A DNA stretch of 64,000 nt, taken from the NCBI GenBank assembly GCA_041498815.1, contig JBGQJC010000007.1:7524-71523 (forward strand), given 5' to 3'. Source of the DNA: Alphaproteobacteria bacterium (GTDB lineage: Bacteria; Pseudomonadota; Alphaproteobacteria; DATDPM01). The notes under the pieces are model-generated. The model had not been told where the DNA came from, did not search any database, and was given only the letters and a program-made list of their open reading frames with translations. The translations under genes were made by a program, and so were the position numbers. How positions within the stretch are numbered: the first letter of the stretch is position 1; every line of letters starts with the position of its first letter. Shown piece after piece: positions 9,095-19,343 of the stretch.

Positions 9095-9168
9095 TCTTTG
9101 TTGCGGCGCAGAAAATCTTTGTTGCGGCGCAGAAAGGCTGGATCTGCGCCGTCATATTGCGCTGCAAT
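9095..9168. promoter_or_regulatory. Tandem and inverted TGC-N3-GCA repeats (PhaR-operator-like) upstream of the phasin gene
   Basis: A 20-bp unit TCTTTGTTGCGGCGCAGAAA occurs twice in direct tandem (9095-9114 and 9116-9135), followed by the partial inverted copy ATCTGCGCCGTCAT and the palindrome TTGCGCTGCAA. Each contains a TGC-N3-GCA core. Confidence 0.35.
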
Positions 9169-9552
9169 AGAAGATGCGGAGGCAAAAAAAAGGCCGGTCC
9201 GCGGCGAATTCCGGCCCCCGTCGAAACGGTGGGGGCGGGCCGGGCCGCCGCAGGACCGGTCGGGGGAGAGCCTACGGTCCATGGGGATGATGAAAGCGGG
9301 GCGCCCTAGCTTGGCCCCTCTTCCAACCCCAATTCGTCCACGCGCCTCCGTCTGAATATTTTTTTGGGCCGGATCGGACGGGCGACTTTGATCGTGACGG
9401 CACCGCCGGGCTGCCCCCATCCGGAACTCCGGGGGACCGGAACCACCGGATGTTTTGCCTGCTCTGGGACTGCCGCGATCGGTGCCGTCATGTTCAAGTC
9501 GCCGTTCCGAATTTATGAAGTAAGTATCGAGGGCAAGCATAGTATTCACAAG

Positions 9553-9568
9553 TTAACAAAGGATTAAC
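9553..9568 (+). promoter_or_regulatory. Perfect CtrA-box consensus TTAA-N7-TTAAC inside an AT-rich non-coding patch
   Basis: TTAACAAAGGATTAAC at 9553-9568 lies within the AT-rich 9530-9640 segment of an 890-bp gap containing no convincing ORF. Confidence 0.3.
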
Positions 9569-9741
9569 TAAATAGTTTTACTTAGACAAAGGGATATATA
9601 CGTTAGTATCGATGATTTGGGTATTACGCAGATGCGGCACGATTGTTTGCGGTGCCGAATCCAGATGCATCCCGCGAGATCCCGCGCGGCGGCGACTTGA
9701 TCAATAAGATGCGGGAAAAATTCCTCGCGCGGCGGTGTCGC

Positions 9742-10719
9742 TTAAAGCAACTTCATGGTGCGGAACAGCCAGATTTCGATCGCGGCAACCGCAACCAGCA
9801 CCCCGCACAAGGCGAAAAACGCCCACGACACGCCCTCGCCCGGAACGCCGCCGACGTTCACGCCCAAAAGCCCGGTGATCAGGCCAAGGGGCAGAAACAC
9901 GGCCGCGGTCAGCGACAAGAGATACATGTTGCGGTTGATCTGTTCCGAAAGCCGGGTTCCTACCTCGTCCTGCATCACCGCCGCACGCTCGCGGATGGCG
10001 TCAAGGTCCTCGACATAACGGGTGATCTGGTCCGCCACCTCGCGCAGCCGGCTTTTGTCTGCGGCGCCAATCCACGGGACGGCAAGGGACAGCAGCCGCG
10101 CCATCGCCTCGCGCTGGGGCGCTATGTAGCGGCGGAGCGCAATCGCCTCCCGGCGGATATTGGCAAGCCTTGTGCGCACTTCACGGCCGGGCGCGGTCAA
10201 TAGCGCATCCTCGAGGGCATCGGTCCGGTCGTCGAGCTCGGTCAGCACCGGGCCCATGCGGCGCACCATCCGGGCCGCGAGCGCCGCCAGAAATTCCGCG
10301 GTCGAGTCCGGGCCCTCGCCCCGCGCGATCTCGTCCCGGATGTCGTTCACGGCCAGGAGTTTCTGTCGCCGGACGCTCACGGCATGGCGCCCGTCCACCC
10401 AAAGGCGGATCGAAACCATCTCTTCGGGGTCGGCGCCGGGGTTCAGGTTGACCCCGCGCAGGGCCGCGATGAGCCCCTCGCCCAAGAGATCGCAGCGCGG
10501 CCGGGGATCTTCGATATAGAGCGACTCCGCGGCAATCGAATCGAGCCCGGAGTCCTCCTCGAGCCACGCCCTCGCCTCCGGGTTGTCGAGATGCAGGTGC
10601 AGCCAAACGGGCGCGGCCCCGCGCCAGGCCGCCGAAACCTCGTTCCAGCCCTCGATTTCCGTGCCCCGCCCGCCGCCCGCCAGCACATAGGCAATGATGA
10701 TGCCGTTTTTCTCGCTCAT
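9742..10719 (-). CDS. zntB: CorA-family divalent cation transporter, ZntB-like (zinc transport)
   Basis: 325 aa with two C-terminal transmembrane helices and the GVNVGG signature replacing the CorA GMN motif (LLGVNVGGVPG). Confidence 0.75.
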   Translation of the reverse strand: MSEKNGIIIAYVLAGGGRGTEIEGWNEVSAAWRGAAPVWLHLHLDNPEARAWLEEDSGLDSIAAESLYIEDPRPRCDLLGEGLIAALRGVNLNPGADPEEMVSIRLWVDGRHAVSVRRQKLLAVNDIRDEIARGEGPDSTAEFLAALAARMVRRMGPVLTELDDRTDALEDALLTAPGREVRTRLANIRREAIALRRYIAPQREAMARLLSLAVPWIGAADKSRLREVADQITRYVEDLDAIRERAAVMQDEVGTRLSEQINRNMYLLSLTAAVFLPLGLITGLLGVNVGGVPGEGVSWAFFALCGVLVAVAAIEIWLFRTMKLL

Positions 10720-10828
10720 GTCCCCCTCGTCTTGGATGGCTGCATTAGGTAGCCGCGCGGCGGGTGAAATTGCAAACCCGCGGATTCGAACGGCGGTGAA
10801 CGAGGGGTAACGGCGGCAGGGTTGCGGG

Positions 10829-11344
10829 CTAGCGGCCTCGCGATTCGAAGTGCAAGACCCGGGGCGATGCGCCGGTGAGAAGCGAACTCGCCCGGGTCAG
10901 AGGCCCCAGAAGCGGATCGTGGCCGAAGGGATGGGTGTGCGACCCGTAAAGCGCATAGTTCGGACGCAGCCACACCGCCATCGGCGCCAGCGAAACTTGG
11001 CCGTGGCCGCGGTCGGAAGTGCCGGCCGCGGGCGGCACATAGATCAGCGCGTCGGGCTGGTAATTGAAAATGCCGCCGGTGTGAAGCCCGAAGAAGGCGT
11101 AATGCTGGATTTCGATGACGTCGAATCCGTGTTCGAGCGCGTAGCCGCCGGACTCGAGATTGAGCGGCCGCGTATCGACGCTTGCCGGCCGAGGCGGGGG
11201 TTCGACCGAAAACGCCGCGATCCCGGTCTGGCCGAGACGCGCCCGGTCGAGCCAGTTTTCACCCCGCGCCGTTGCCGGAGCCGCGGCGAGCGCCGCAAGA
11301 AAAGCGGCGGCGCAAAGACTTGCCATAATCCCAGGTTTTGCCAT
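10829..11344 (-). CDS. Hypothetical secreted protein (signal peptide MAKPGIMASLCAAAFLAALAAAPATA)
   Basis: The start was trimmed to the ATG at 11342-11344, giving an N-terminal signal peptide. The His-rich C-terminus (HTHPFGHD) belongs to no family I recognise. Confidence 0.5.
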   Translation of the reverse strand: MAKPGIMASLCAAAFLAALAAAPATARGENWLDRARLGQTGIAAFSVEPPPRPASVDTRPLNLESGGYALEHGFDVIEIQHYAFFGLHTGGIFNYQPDALIYVPPAAGTSDRGHGQVSLAPMAVWLRPNYALYGSHTHPFGHDPLLGPLTRASSLLTGASPRVLHFESRGR

Positions 11345-11447
11345 GGCGGGCACTCCTTTCCTCGAAATCTGGTCGCGCCTAGGTGCTCGTTCAATCCCGC
11401 CCGCGACCGTTGTACCGGGCCCCCGATCGGCGTAACCATCATGCGCC

Positions 11448-12419
11448 GTGGACAGCGACTTCCGCCCGCCCCTGGAGCCCTTCGATACCCGCCGCTTGGC
11501 GGTGGACAGCCTCCATACCCTCCATGTCGAGCAAGTGGGGAACGGACAAGGCTTGCCGGCCGTATTTCTCCACGGCGGTCCGGGGAGCGGTTGCATGCCC
11601 GACCATCGCCGCTATTTCGACCCGTCCCTGTTTCGCACCGTGTTGTTCGATCAGCGCGGCGCCGGCCGCAGCACGCCGAAGCGCAATGTAACGCGCAACA
11701 CGACCCAGGACCTGATCGCGGATATGGAACGGATCCGCGAAGCCCTCGATATCCCGCGCTGGATGGTGGTCGGCGGTTCGTGGGGCGCCACCCTGGCGCT
11801 CGCCTATGCCGAGACGCACCCCGAGCGCGTGCTGGGCCTGGTGCTGCGGGCCGTTTTCCTGGGCACGCGGGAGGAATTTCACTGGGCCTTCGAAGGTGCC
11901 GCCCAAACCTTCGCGCCCGAGCTGTGGCATGCGCTCATAGCACTCTTGCCCGCGGCCGAGCGCGCGAACCCGATCGAATCCTTGGGCCGCCGGATCGCCG
12001 ATCCGGACCCGCGGGTGCACGCTCCCGCGGCCAAGGTCTGGCACGATTACGAGCGCGCGCTTTCGGTGCTGCGGCCGGCTTCGCTGGCACTGCCCCGCTC
12101 GCTCGACGAAGCGCCCGCGCGCGAGCTTCCCAACACCCCGTTTCTGGAGTGGCATTACCTGAGCCACGACTGTTTTCTGGCGCCCGGGCAATTGCTGCGC
12201 GACGCGGAGCTTCTTCGAGGGCTCCCGGGGATCATCGTCCAGGGGCGCTACGATCTGTTGTGCCCGCCGCAATCGGCCCATGATTTTGCTTTGCTTTGGC
12301 CGGAATGCGAGCTGCGCATCGTTCCTGGCGCCGGCCATTCGGCGAGCGAGCCGGCGATCCTCGAGGCCCTGATCGCCGCCATCGCCGATTTGGGAATGCG
12401 CCTCAGGGCCGCGCGCTAG
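11448..12419 (+). CDS. pip: Proline iminopeptidase (alpha/beta hydrolase, S33)
   Basis: GTG start. Carries HGGPGSG, the nucleophile elbow GGSWG and a C-terminal GAGHSA, typical of prolyl aminopeptidase. Confidence 0.85.
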   Translation: MDSDFRPPLEPFDTRRLAVDSLHTLHVEQVGNGQGLPAVFLHGGPGSGCMPDHRRYFDPSLFRTVLFDQRGAGRSTPKRNVTRNTTQDLIADMERIREALDIPRWMVVGGSWGATLALAYAETHPERVLGLVLRAVFLGTREEFHWAFEGAAQTFAPELWHALIALLPAAERANPIESLGRRIADPDPRVHAPAAKVWHDYERALSVLRPASLALPRSLDEAPARELPNTPFLEWHYLSHDCFLAPGQLLRDAELLRGLPGIIVQGRYDLLCPPQSAHDFALLWPECELRIVPGAGHSASEPAILEALIAAIADLGMRLRAAR

Positions 12420-13659
12420 CCGCGCTCAAATTCCGGATGCGTGCGCCTGGCGGCGGATGGCCGTGATAAAAGGCCGAATAGACCGGATCCGGCGTCAGCG
12501 TGTTTGCGTTTTCGCGATAGAGTTTGACGAGGCCGCTCATCAGCGCCCGCGCGTCGGAAAACTCGCGCGCGAAATCGTCGGCCTCGAACTCGAACCGGCG
12601 CGAAAGGTGGGAAAGAGCCGGGCGCAGGAACACCGCGAACACCGGCCCCGCCATCAGGAACAGAAGCAACGCCATATAGGGTGAAGGCGCTTCCACGCCG
12701 AGCCCGGCATAGAACCACGGCGTTGCGGACAGAAAGCCCAGAAGCGCCCAGCCGGCGGCGGACAGGATGGCCGCGGCCAGAAGCTTCTTCTGGACGTGGC
12801 GGAGCTTGTAATGGCCGAGCTCGTGGGCCAGCACCGCTTCGATCTCGTCCCCTTGCAGGCTCGAGACGAGGGTATCAAAGAAGACGATGCGCTTGTTGGC
12901 GCCGACCCCCGTCATATAGGCGTTGCCGTGGGCCGAACGCTTTGATCCGTCCATCACGAAGACGTCCTTGACCGCAAAGCCCGTGGCCCGCGCCAGGCGC
13001 TCGACGCGCGCGCGCAAGGGTTGATCGGATAGGGGGGTGAAGCGGTTGAACAGCGGCGCGATGAGCCGGGGATAGGCCCAGGTCTGAACCAGCATGAACG
13101 CCGTCCACACCGCCCAGGCGTAGATCCACCAAAACCCGCCCGCAGCCATCATGATCCACAGGATCGCGGCGGTAAGCGGCGCGCCGATGACCAGGCCCAG
13201 TGCCGCGCCCTTGAAGAGGTCGGTCACGAAAAGCCAAGGCGTCGTGCGGTTGAAGCCGAAGCGCTGTTCGACGCCGAAGGTGGCGGCAACGGTGAGCGGC
13301 AGATCGAGCACGCCGATGAGGAACAAGACGCTCATCACCGCGACGACGCCGCGCAGCAACTCGCCGTCGATGTGCCCGCGCCAGAATTGGTCGACGAGCC
13401 CCAGCCCGCCGCCCAGCGTCCAGCCGAGAAGCAAAAGCGCACCCCACGCGAGCGAAATCAAACTAAGCCTGGTGCGGGCCTCGGTGTATAGGGCGGCCTT
13501 GCGGTGCGCCTCGCCGCTCACGGCATCGCGGAAGGCATCCGGCACGGTCTCGCGGTGCGCCCGCACATAGGCGATTTGCCGCGTCCCGAGCCATATCTGG
13601 AGCGCCAGCGACGCCGCCAGCGCCGCGAGAAAAACCGCCGTCATCAATTCTGCCTGCAC
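12403..13659 (-). CDS. M48 family zinc metalloprotease (Ste24/HtpX-like, CAAX protease-like), membrane protein
   Basis: 418 aa with multiple transmembrane helices, an HELGHYKLRH zinc motif and the downstream glutamate in EFEAD. Confidence 0.85.
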   Translation of the reverse strand: MQAELMTAVFLAALAASLALQIWLGTRQIAYVRAHRETVPDAFRDAVSGEAHRKAALYTEARTRLSLISLAWGALLLLGWTLGGGLGLVDQFWRGHIDGELLRGVVAVMSVLFLIGVLDLPLTVAATFGVEQRFGFNRTTPWLFVTDLFKGAALGLVIGAPLTAAILWIMMAAGGFWWIYAWAVWTAFMLVQTWAYPRLIAPLFNRFTPLSDQPLRARVERLARATGFAVKDVFVMDGSKRSAHGNAYMTGVGANKRIVFFDTLVSSLQGDEIEAVLAHELGHYKLRHVQKKLLAAAILSAAGWALLGFLSATPWFYAGLGVEAPSPYMALLLFLMAGPVFAVFLRPALSHLSRRFEFEADDFAREFSDARALMSGLVKLYRENANTLTPDPVYSAFYHGHPPPGARIRNLSAASARP

Positions 13660-13674
13660 GCGTTCATCCTCCGC

Positions 13675-14829
13675 TTATTTGGCGGCCGGCTCCCGGCCGT
13701 CAAGCCATTCCGCCCGCACGCAGGGGTCGCCTTCCCGGGCTTCAAAGCGCGCGCGAAACCCCGCGAATTCCCCGGGCGAGGTCAGGCGCGAAAGCGCCCA
13801 CACCGCCATCGCCCGCACCAGGGCCGAGCCGTCCGCGAGCAATTCCCCGGCGATATCCGCCGCGCGGGCGTCCCCGGAATTGCCGAGCGCTATTAAAACA
13901 TTGCGCACGAAGCGGTCGCGCCCGGTGCGCTGGATCGCGGTTCCCGAAAACATTTTCCGGAACGCGGCGTCGTCCAGGCGCGCGAGTTCGGCGAGCCGGG
14001 GCGCGGTCAACTCGGCGCGCGGCACGAATTCGGTTTCGCGCGTGCCGCTCGCATATTTGTTCCACGGGCAGACCGCCAAACAGTCGTCGCAGCCGTAGAT
14101 GCGGTTGCCCATAAGGCTCCGGAACTCGGGCGCGATGTGGCCTTCGTGCTCGATCGTAAGATACGAGATACAGCGCCGCGCATCGAGCCGGTAGGGCCCG
14201 AGGAACGCGCGGGTCGGGCATATATCGAGGCACGCCTGGCAGGTGCCGCAATGGTCCCGCTCGGCCTCGTCGGGCTCAAAGTCGAGCGTCGTGAGGATCT
14301 CGCCCAAGAACAGCCACGAACCGAAGGCGCGCGACACCAGATTCGTGTGCTTGCCCTGCCATCCGACCCCGGTCTTGGCCGCCAGCGGCTTTTCCATGAC
14401 CGGTGCCGTATCCACGAACAGCTTGACGTCGGCGGCGTAGGACTCATGTATGAACCGCGCCAGCACGCGCAGCTTCTTCGCGATCACGCGGTGGTAATCG
14501 CGCCCGCGGGCATAGACGCTTATGGCGCCCCGTCCGCGGCGTTGGACCGCCGCCATGGGGTCCTGGCCGGGCCCGTAATTGAGGCCGACGACGATCGCGG
14601 ACCTGACCTTTGGCCAGAGCGCCTTGGGATCGGCGCGGCGCTCGGCGTTGGCGGCCAGCCAGCCCATGTCGCCATGCAAGCCGCGGGCGATGAACGCGGC
14701 CAGTTCCTGCCGGGCTTGGGCCGAAAGTTCGGGGGCGGCAAAGCCGACCGCATCGAAACCGAGGGCGAGCGCTTGCGCCCGGATCGCCTCCTTGGCCGGT
14801 GTTCCCGATGGCATGGTTGCGGCTATCAT
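13675..14829 (-). CDS. queG: Epoxyqueuosine reductase QueG (tRNA epoxyqueuosine to queuosine)
   Basis: 4Fe-4S ferredoxin motifs ([23 protein letters not shown]) and a HEAT-like C-terminus. The start was trimmed to the ATG at 14829; the track ORF (655 aa) over-extends across queC. Confidence 0.85.
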   Translation of the reverse strand: MIAATMPSGTPAKEAIRAQALALGFDAVGFAAPELSAQARQELAAFIARGLHGDMGWLAANAERRADPKALWPKVRSAIVVGLNYGPGQDPMAAVQRRGRGAISVYARGRDYHRVIAKKLRVLARFIHESYAADVKLFVDTAPVMEKPLAAKTGVGWQGKHTNLVSRAFGSWLFLGEILTTLDFEPDEAERDHCGTCQACLDICPTRAFLGPYRLDARRCISYLTIEHEGHIAPEFRSLMGNRIYGCDDCLAVCPWNKYASGTRETEFVPRAELTAPRLAELARLDDAAFRKMFSGTAIQRTGRDRFVRNVLIALGNSGDARAADIAGELLADGSALVRAMAVWALSRLTSPGEFAGFRARFEAREGDPCVRAEWLDGREPAAK

Positions 14830-14916
14830 GGTCCCGGATTTTACCCCGGCTTCGGCCCGCCGGTAAGGCGGGCTTGGCATGGGTTGGGACGGCAAACCAA
14901 AATGCCAGAAATCAAT

Positions 14917-15624
14917 ATGCGAGAATCGAAGGCAGTCGTGCTCCTGAGCGGCGGGCTGGATTCCGCGACCGTGCTGGCGATGGCACGCGACCTCGGCTTT
15001 ATTTGCCACGCCCTCACCATCGACTACGGCCAGCGCCACGAGGCCGAGGTTCAGGCCGCGCGCCGGGTGGCAAGCGCGCTCGGTGCCGCGCGCCATGTGG
15101 TGACCGAGATCGATCTTCGCGCCTTCGGCGGCTCGGCGCTCACCGCCGACATCGCCGTTCCCAAGGGCCGCAGCCTGGAAGCGATCGCGGACGGAATCCC
15201 GATCACCTACGTCCCCGCGCGCAATACCGTCTTTCTCGCCTTCGCCCTTGCCTACGCGGAATCGATCGGCGCCGCCGACATATTCATCGGCGTCAATGCG
15301 GTGGATTACAGCGGCTATCCCGACTGCCGGCCCGAATTCATCGCGGCGTTCGAGCGTACCGCCAATTTGGCGACCAAGGCCGGAGTCGAGGGCCGGGTGC
15401 GCTTTTCCGTTCGCACCCCGCTCATGGCCATGACCAAGGCCGAGATCATCCGTGCCGGGGCAAAGCTCGGCGTCGATTACGCGCTGACTCTGAGTTGCTA
15501 CGACCCGGGGAGGGAGGGCATCGCCTGCGGCGCCTGCGATGCCTGCACGCTCCGCCGCAAGGGATTTGCCGAGGCCGGGCTCGCCGATCCGGCCGCGTAC
15601 CGCGCGACCGTCTTCGCGCCCTAA
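14917..15624 (+). CDS. queC: 7-cyano-7-deazaguanine synthase QueC
   Basis: [15 protein letters not shown]-loop motif and a C-terminal zinc-binding CGACDAC. The start was taken at the ATG at 14917 ([10 protein letters not shown]); an alternative ATG lies at 14902. Confidence 0.9.
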   Translation: MRESKAVVLLSGGLDSATVLAMARDLGFICHALTIDYGQRHEAEVQAARRVASALGAARHVVTEIDLRAFGGSALTADIAVPKGRSLEAIADGIPITYVPARNTVFLAFALAYAESIGAADIFIGVNAVDYSGYPDCRPEFIAAFERTANLATKAGVEGRVRFSVRTPLMAMTKAEIIRAGAKLGVDYALTLSCYDPGREGIACGACDACTLRRKGFAEAGLADPAAYRATVFAP

Positions 15625-15647
15625 AATTGGCTTGACCTGCAAGCGCC

Positions 15648-16289
15648 GTGACCTATTCCGTCAAAGAGATTTACGCGACCCTGCAAGGCGAAGGCGCTCA
15701 ATCGGGCCGCGCCGCCGTGCTTCTGCGCTTTGCCGGTTGCAATCTGTGGTCGGGGCGCGAGGCGGACCGGCTGCAGGCCACCTGTAACTTCTGCGACACC
15801 GATTTCGCCGGCACCGGCGGCCCGGGCGGCGGAAATTTTGCCCGCGCCACCGATCTCGCCACCGCCGCCGCGGCGGTCTGGGACCGTAATCATGACACGC
15901 GCGGCGGCGCGTTCGTAATCTGCACCGGCGGCGAGCCGCTGCTCCAGATCGATGCGCCGTTGATAGCCAGACTGCATCGCTCCGGATTCGAGATCGCGGT
16001 CGAGACCAACGGAACGATCGCGGCGCCGCGGGGCCTCGATTGGATCTGCGTCAGCCCGAAAGCGCGCGCCCCGCTCGTGCAAACAACGGGCGACGAATTG
16101 AAGCTCGTTTATCCGCAAGCAGGTGCGCGGCCCGAATCCTTCGAAGAACTCGACTTCCGCCATTTCTTCCTGCAGCCCATGGATGGGCCGCAGCGGCAGG
16201 CGAATACCAGGGCCGCGATCGCTTTTTGCCTGGGCCATCCGCGCTGGCGCCTCAGCCTGCAAACGCATAAATTTCTCGGCCTGCCTTAA
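15648..16289 (+). CDS. queE: 7-carboxy-7-deazaguanine synthase QueE (radical SAM)
   Basis: GTG start. Carries the unusual radical-SAM cysteine motif CNLWSGREADRLQATCNFCDTDF and ICTGGEPLL. Confidence 0.85.
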   Translation: MTYSVKEIYATLQGEGAQSGRAAVLLRFAGCNLWSGREADRLQATCNFCDTDFAGTGGPGGGNFARATDLATAAAAVWDRNHDTRGGAFVICTGGEPLLQIDAPLIARLHRSGFEIAVETNGTIAAPRGLDWICVSPKARAPLVQTTGDELKLVYPQAGARPESFEELDFRHFFLQPMDGPQRQANTRAAIAFCLGHPRWRLSLQTHKFLGLP

Positions 16290-16310
16290 GCGCTACGCGG
16301 AGGGACATCG

Positions 16311-16682
16311 TTGGACGTCTTCAAGACTTTCACCTTCGAGGCCGCGCACCTTCTCCCCAACGTGCCGCCGGGCCACAAATGCGCGCGCCTCCACGGCCAT
16401 TCCTTCCGCATCGAAGTCCATGTGACCGGGCCCGTGGGCGATGAAACCGGCTGGGTCATGGACTTCGCCGAGATCAAGGAGGCGTTCGATCCGGTGCGGG
16501 ATCTGCTCGATCACCGCTATCTGAACGAAATCGAAGGATTGGAGAATCCGACCAGTGAGAACGTCGCGCGATACATCTGGAAGCTGTTGGCGCCGCGCCT
16601 TCCGGATATAAGCAAACTCGTGGTGTTTGAGACCTGCACGGCGGGCTGCGTCTATCGGGGCGAGGACGCGGTAACTCGGTAA
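16311..16682 (+). CDS. queD: 6-carboxy-5,6,7,8-tetrahydropterin synthase QueD
   Basis: TTG start. 123 aa with HGHSF zinc-binding residues and the T-fold core (FTFEAAH...RLHGHSFRIEV). Confidence 0.85.
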   Translation: MDVFKTFTFEAAHLLPNVPPGHKCARLHGHSFRIEVHVTGPVGDETGWVMDFAEIKEAFDPVRDLLDHRYLNEIEGLENPTSENVARYIWKLLAPRLPDISKLVVFETCTAGCVYRGEDAVTR

Positions 16683-16921
16683 CGCACGGCTTGTCCCTCG
16701 ATCCGTGACCATGAGCGGGCACCTATGGGAAACGCCGCCTAAAAACCCTTTCGCACCCCGCTAATTACGATAGTATTCATACGCATTCGATTACGCTCCT
16801 GCCCTGCACCCGTCGGGCGCGTAGGCGCCTCAAATCTCGCATGGCGGCAAGGAGCTTCGACCGGCGGATAAGTCCGTATCGGCACTCTGACGGATAGCCG
16901 CCGGCGTGTGCGGGGGAGGGC

Positions 16922-18817
16922 ATGAGCGCAATTCTGCTCGTCTCTTTGGCTGTTCGCATCGCGGCACTCGGCTGGTGCCTGGTCGTCTGGCGCCGCGTCA
17001 AAGATTGGCGCATCGGTATCATCGCCGCCATTTTCTTACTGATGGCGTCGCGCCAATCGTTTACGGCGTTCGGCACGCCGCGCATCTGGCCGTTCACGGC
17101 GGTGGAAGACTCCGCCGAAATTCCCGGATTGATCGTCGGTGTCGCCACCCTGATCCTCGTGATCATCATGGGGCGCATGATCGCGAGCCGGGATCATGCA
17201 ACCGCGGAGCTCATCGCCGCGAACAAACAACTGCGCGATGAAATCGTTGCCCGCGAACAGGCCCAGGATCGGCTTCGCGAAAGCGGGCGCATGCTCGCGA
17301 CCTTGATGCGGAACTTGCCCGGCATGGTTTATCGCTGCCGCAACGACCGCGACTGGACGGTGGAATTCGTCAGCGAGGGCTGCCGGTCGCTCACCGGCTA
17401 CGACCCGGCCGATCTCATTGGAAACCGCAATATTTCATTCAACGAGCTCATCCATCCCGATGACCGCGAGTCGGTATGGTCCGAGGTCCAGGCCGCGCTG
17501 ACCGAATCGCGCCCGTTCCAGCAAACCTATCGCATCCGCACCGCGTCGGGCGAAGAAAAATGGGTTTGGGAACAGGGTTGCGCCGTACCGTCCGAGGACG
17601 GCGAGGGGCGTCTCGAGGGATTCATCACCGACATCACCGAGAAAAAACTCGTCGAGGATCAGCTACGCCAGGCGCAGAAAATGGAAGTCGTGGGCCAGCT
17701 CACCGGGGGGGTTGCCCATGATTTCAACAATCTGCTCTCGGTCATCATCGGCAATCTCGAACTCGCGGCCGAAGCGGCAGATCCCACAACCGACGTGCGC
17801 GATCAGGTGGCGCGCGCGCTCACGGCGGCGGAACGCGGCGCGACCCTCACGCGCCAACTTCTCGCATTTTCGCGCAAGCAAATCCTGCAGGCGCAGGTCT
17901 TGGACCTCAACAAGCTCGTGCCCCGTGCGGTCGAGCTGTTGCATCAGGCGCTCGGCGAACACATCGAAATCGAGACCGTGCTCGCGGGTGGCTTGTGGAA
18001 GACGATGGTGGATCCGGTGCAGCTCGAGCATGCGCTGCTCAACCTCGCGGTCAATGCGCGCGATGCCATGCCCGAGGGCGGGCGGCTCACCATCGAAACC
18101 TCGAATATCCGGCTCGACGAGGACTACCAGCAGCTCAACTACTACGCCCGGCCGGGGCCTTACGTCATGCTCGCGGTGACCGACGCCGGCACCGGCATGC
18201 CGCCCGAAGTGGCGGCTCGCGCGTTCGACCCCTTCTTCACCACCAAGGAGGTCGGACAGGGAAGCGGGCTCGGCCTTTCCATGGTCTATGGCTTCGTAAA
18301 GCAAACGGGCGGGCACATCAAGATCTACAGCGAGATCGAGCGGGGCACGACCGTGAAAATGTATTTTCCCCGCGCCCACGGCCGGGCGACGCCCGTGCTG
18401 GAACGGTCTTCGGGACCGGTGGGCGGGACCGGCGGTGAATCCATTCTCGTGGTGGAAGACGATCCAGAGGTCCGGCGCCTGGCAAACGAAACCTTGGCCG
18501 CTCTCGGCTACCGGGTGACCGAGGCCGCCGATGCGCCGGCGGCGCTCGCAATCCTGCGCAATACGCCCGGTATCCACCTGCTGTTCACCGATATCGTGCT
18601 GCCCGGGGGGATGGACGGGGTCGCACTCGCCGCGGAGGCTCGCAAAATATCTCCCGCGCTCAAGGTGCTGTTGACGACCGGTTACAGCTACAACGCGGCG
18701 GTCCGTAACGGCGACCTCGGCGAGGACATGGAGATTCTGGCCAAGCCGTACCGCAAGGCCGAGCTCACCCGCAAAATCCGCCGCGTGCTGGGCGAGGAGA
18801 ACGGCAACGGCGGCTGA
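16922..18817 (+). CDS. Hybrid sensor histidine kinase / response regulator (2 TM, PAS, HisKA, HATPase, REC)
   Basis: N-terminal transmembrane helices, a PAS domain ([26 protein letters not shown]), an H-box ([11 protein letters not shown]), the G1/G2 boxes of the ATPase (DAGTGM, GSGLGLS) and a C-terminal receiver ([12 protein letters not shown] ... [12 protein letters not shown]). Confidence 0.85.
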   Translation: MSAILLVSLAVRIAALGWCLVVWRRVKDWRIGIIAAIFLLMASRQSFTAFGTPRIWPFTAVEDSAEIPGLIVGVATLILVIIMGRMIASRDHATAELIAANKQLRDEIVAREQAQDRLRESGRMLATLMRNLPGMVYRCRNDRDWTVEFVSEGCRSLTGYDPADLIGNRNISFNELIHPDDRESVWSEVQAALTESRPFQQTYRIRTASGEEKWVWEQGCAVPSEDGEGRLEGFITDITEKKLVEDQLRQAQKMEVVGQLTGGVAHDFNNLLSVIIGNLELAAEAADPTTDVRDQVARALTAAERGATLTRQLLAFSRKQILQAQVLDLNKLVPRAVELLHQALGEHIEIETVLAGGLWKTMVDPVQLEHALLNLAVNARDAMPEGGRLTIETSNIRLDEDYQQLNYYARPGPYVMLAVTDAGTGMPPEVAARAFDPFFTTKEVGQGSGLGLSMVYGFVKQTGGHIKIYSEIERGTTVKMYFPRAHGRATPVLERSSGPVGGTGGESILVVEDDPEVRRLANETLAALGYRVTEAADAPAALAILRNTPGIHLLFTDIVLPGGMDGVALAAEARKISPALKVLLTTGYSYNAAVRNGDLGEDMEILAKPYRKAELTRKIRRVLGEENGNGG

Positions 18818-18826
18818 GTCGCAAAG

Positions 18827-19285
18827 TCAGCCGCGCCCGCGATAGGGCGGAACACCGGTTTCCGGGATCCACAAGCCGCGCGGCGGCGGCCCCGACCGAT
18901 AGAACACGTCGATCGGGATGCCGCCCCGCGGGAACCAGTAGCCGCCGATTCGAAGCCACACGGGCTTGACCGCCGCCGCAATCCGTTCCGCGATCGTGAT
19001 CGTGCAGTCCTCGTGGAAGGCGCGATGGTTGCGGAACGAGGCCAGGAACAGCTTCAGCGATTTGCTTTCGAGCAGCAGGCGCCGCGGCACGTAATCGATC
19101 ACGAAATGGGCGAAATCGGGCTGGCCGGTTATGGGGCACAGCGCCGTGAACTCCGGGCAGGTGAATCGCACCAGGTATCGGGCGCCCGGCTTCGGGTTCG
19201 CAACCGCCTCGAGCCGCGCCTTAGCGGGCGAGGCGGGGAGTTCTGCCCGCCGGCCCAAGAGCGTGAGTTTTCGGTGCCGCGCCAT
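18827..19285 (-). CDS. queF: NADPH-dependent 7-cyano-7-deazaguanine reductase QueF (type I)
   Basis: 152 aa with the catalytic Cys in [13 protein letters not shown] and the QueF motif [15 protein letters not shown]. Confidence 0.9.
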   Translation of the reverse strand: MARHRKLTLLGRRAELPASPAKARLEAVANPKPGARYLVRFTCPEFTALCPITGQPDFAHFVIDYVPRRLLLESKSLKLFLASFRNHRAFHEDCTITIAERIAAAVKPVWLRIGGYWFPRGGIPIDVFYRSGPPPRGLWIPETGVPPYRGRG

Positions 19286-19343
19286 GGCGCAAGACTAAAA
19301 GTGCGTGGGCGCCCCGCCAAGCGCAATCTAGGGGCCGTGCAAC

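Noticed and set aside
10850-12283. 477-aa + strand ORF and the similar long ORFs 19461-20501, 20477-21760, 21529-22458, 23226-24455, 25417-26565, 31504-34866, 34260-36119, 37561-39534, 42110-43321, 49382-51925, 54139-55602, 56049-57473 and 58311-59975
   Set aside because: All lie antisense to strongly supported genes (pip, tgt, queA, decarboxylase, argE, moaA, fdsA, fdsB, cheA, ctrA, flhA, fliG, fliF, flgE). The Arg/Gly/Ala-rich composition is typical of shadow ORFs.
14830-14916. preQ1 riboswitch upstream of queC
   Set aside because: The 88-bp divergent queG/queC region contains no preQ1-I/II-like hairpin or consensus.
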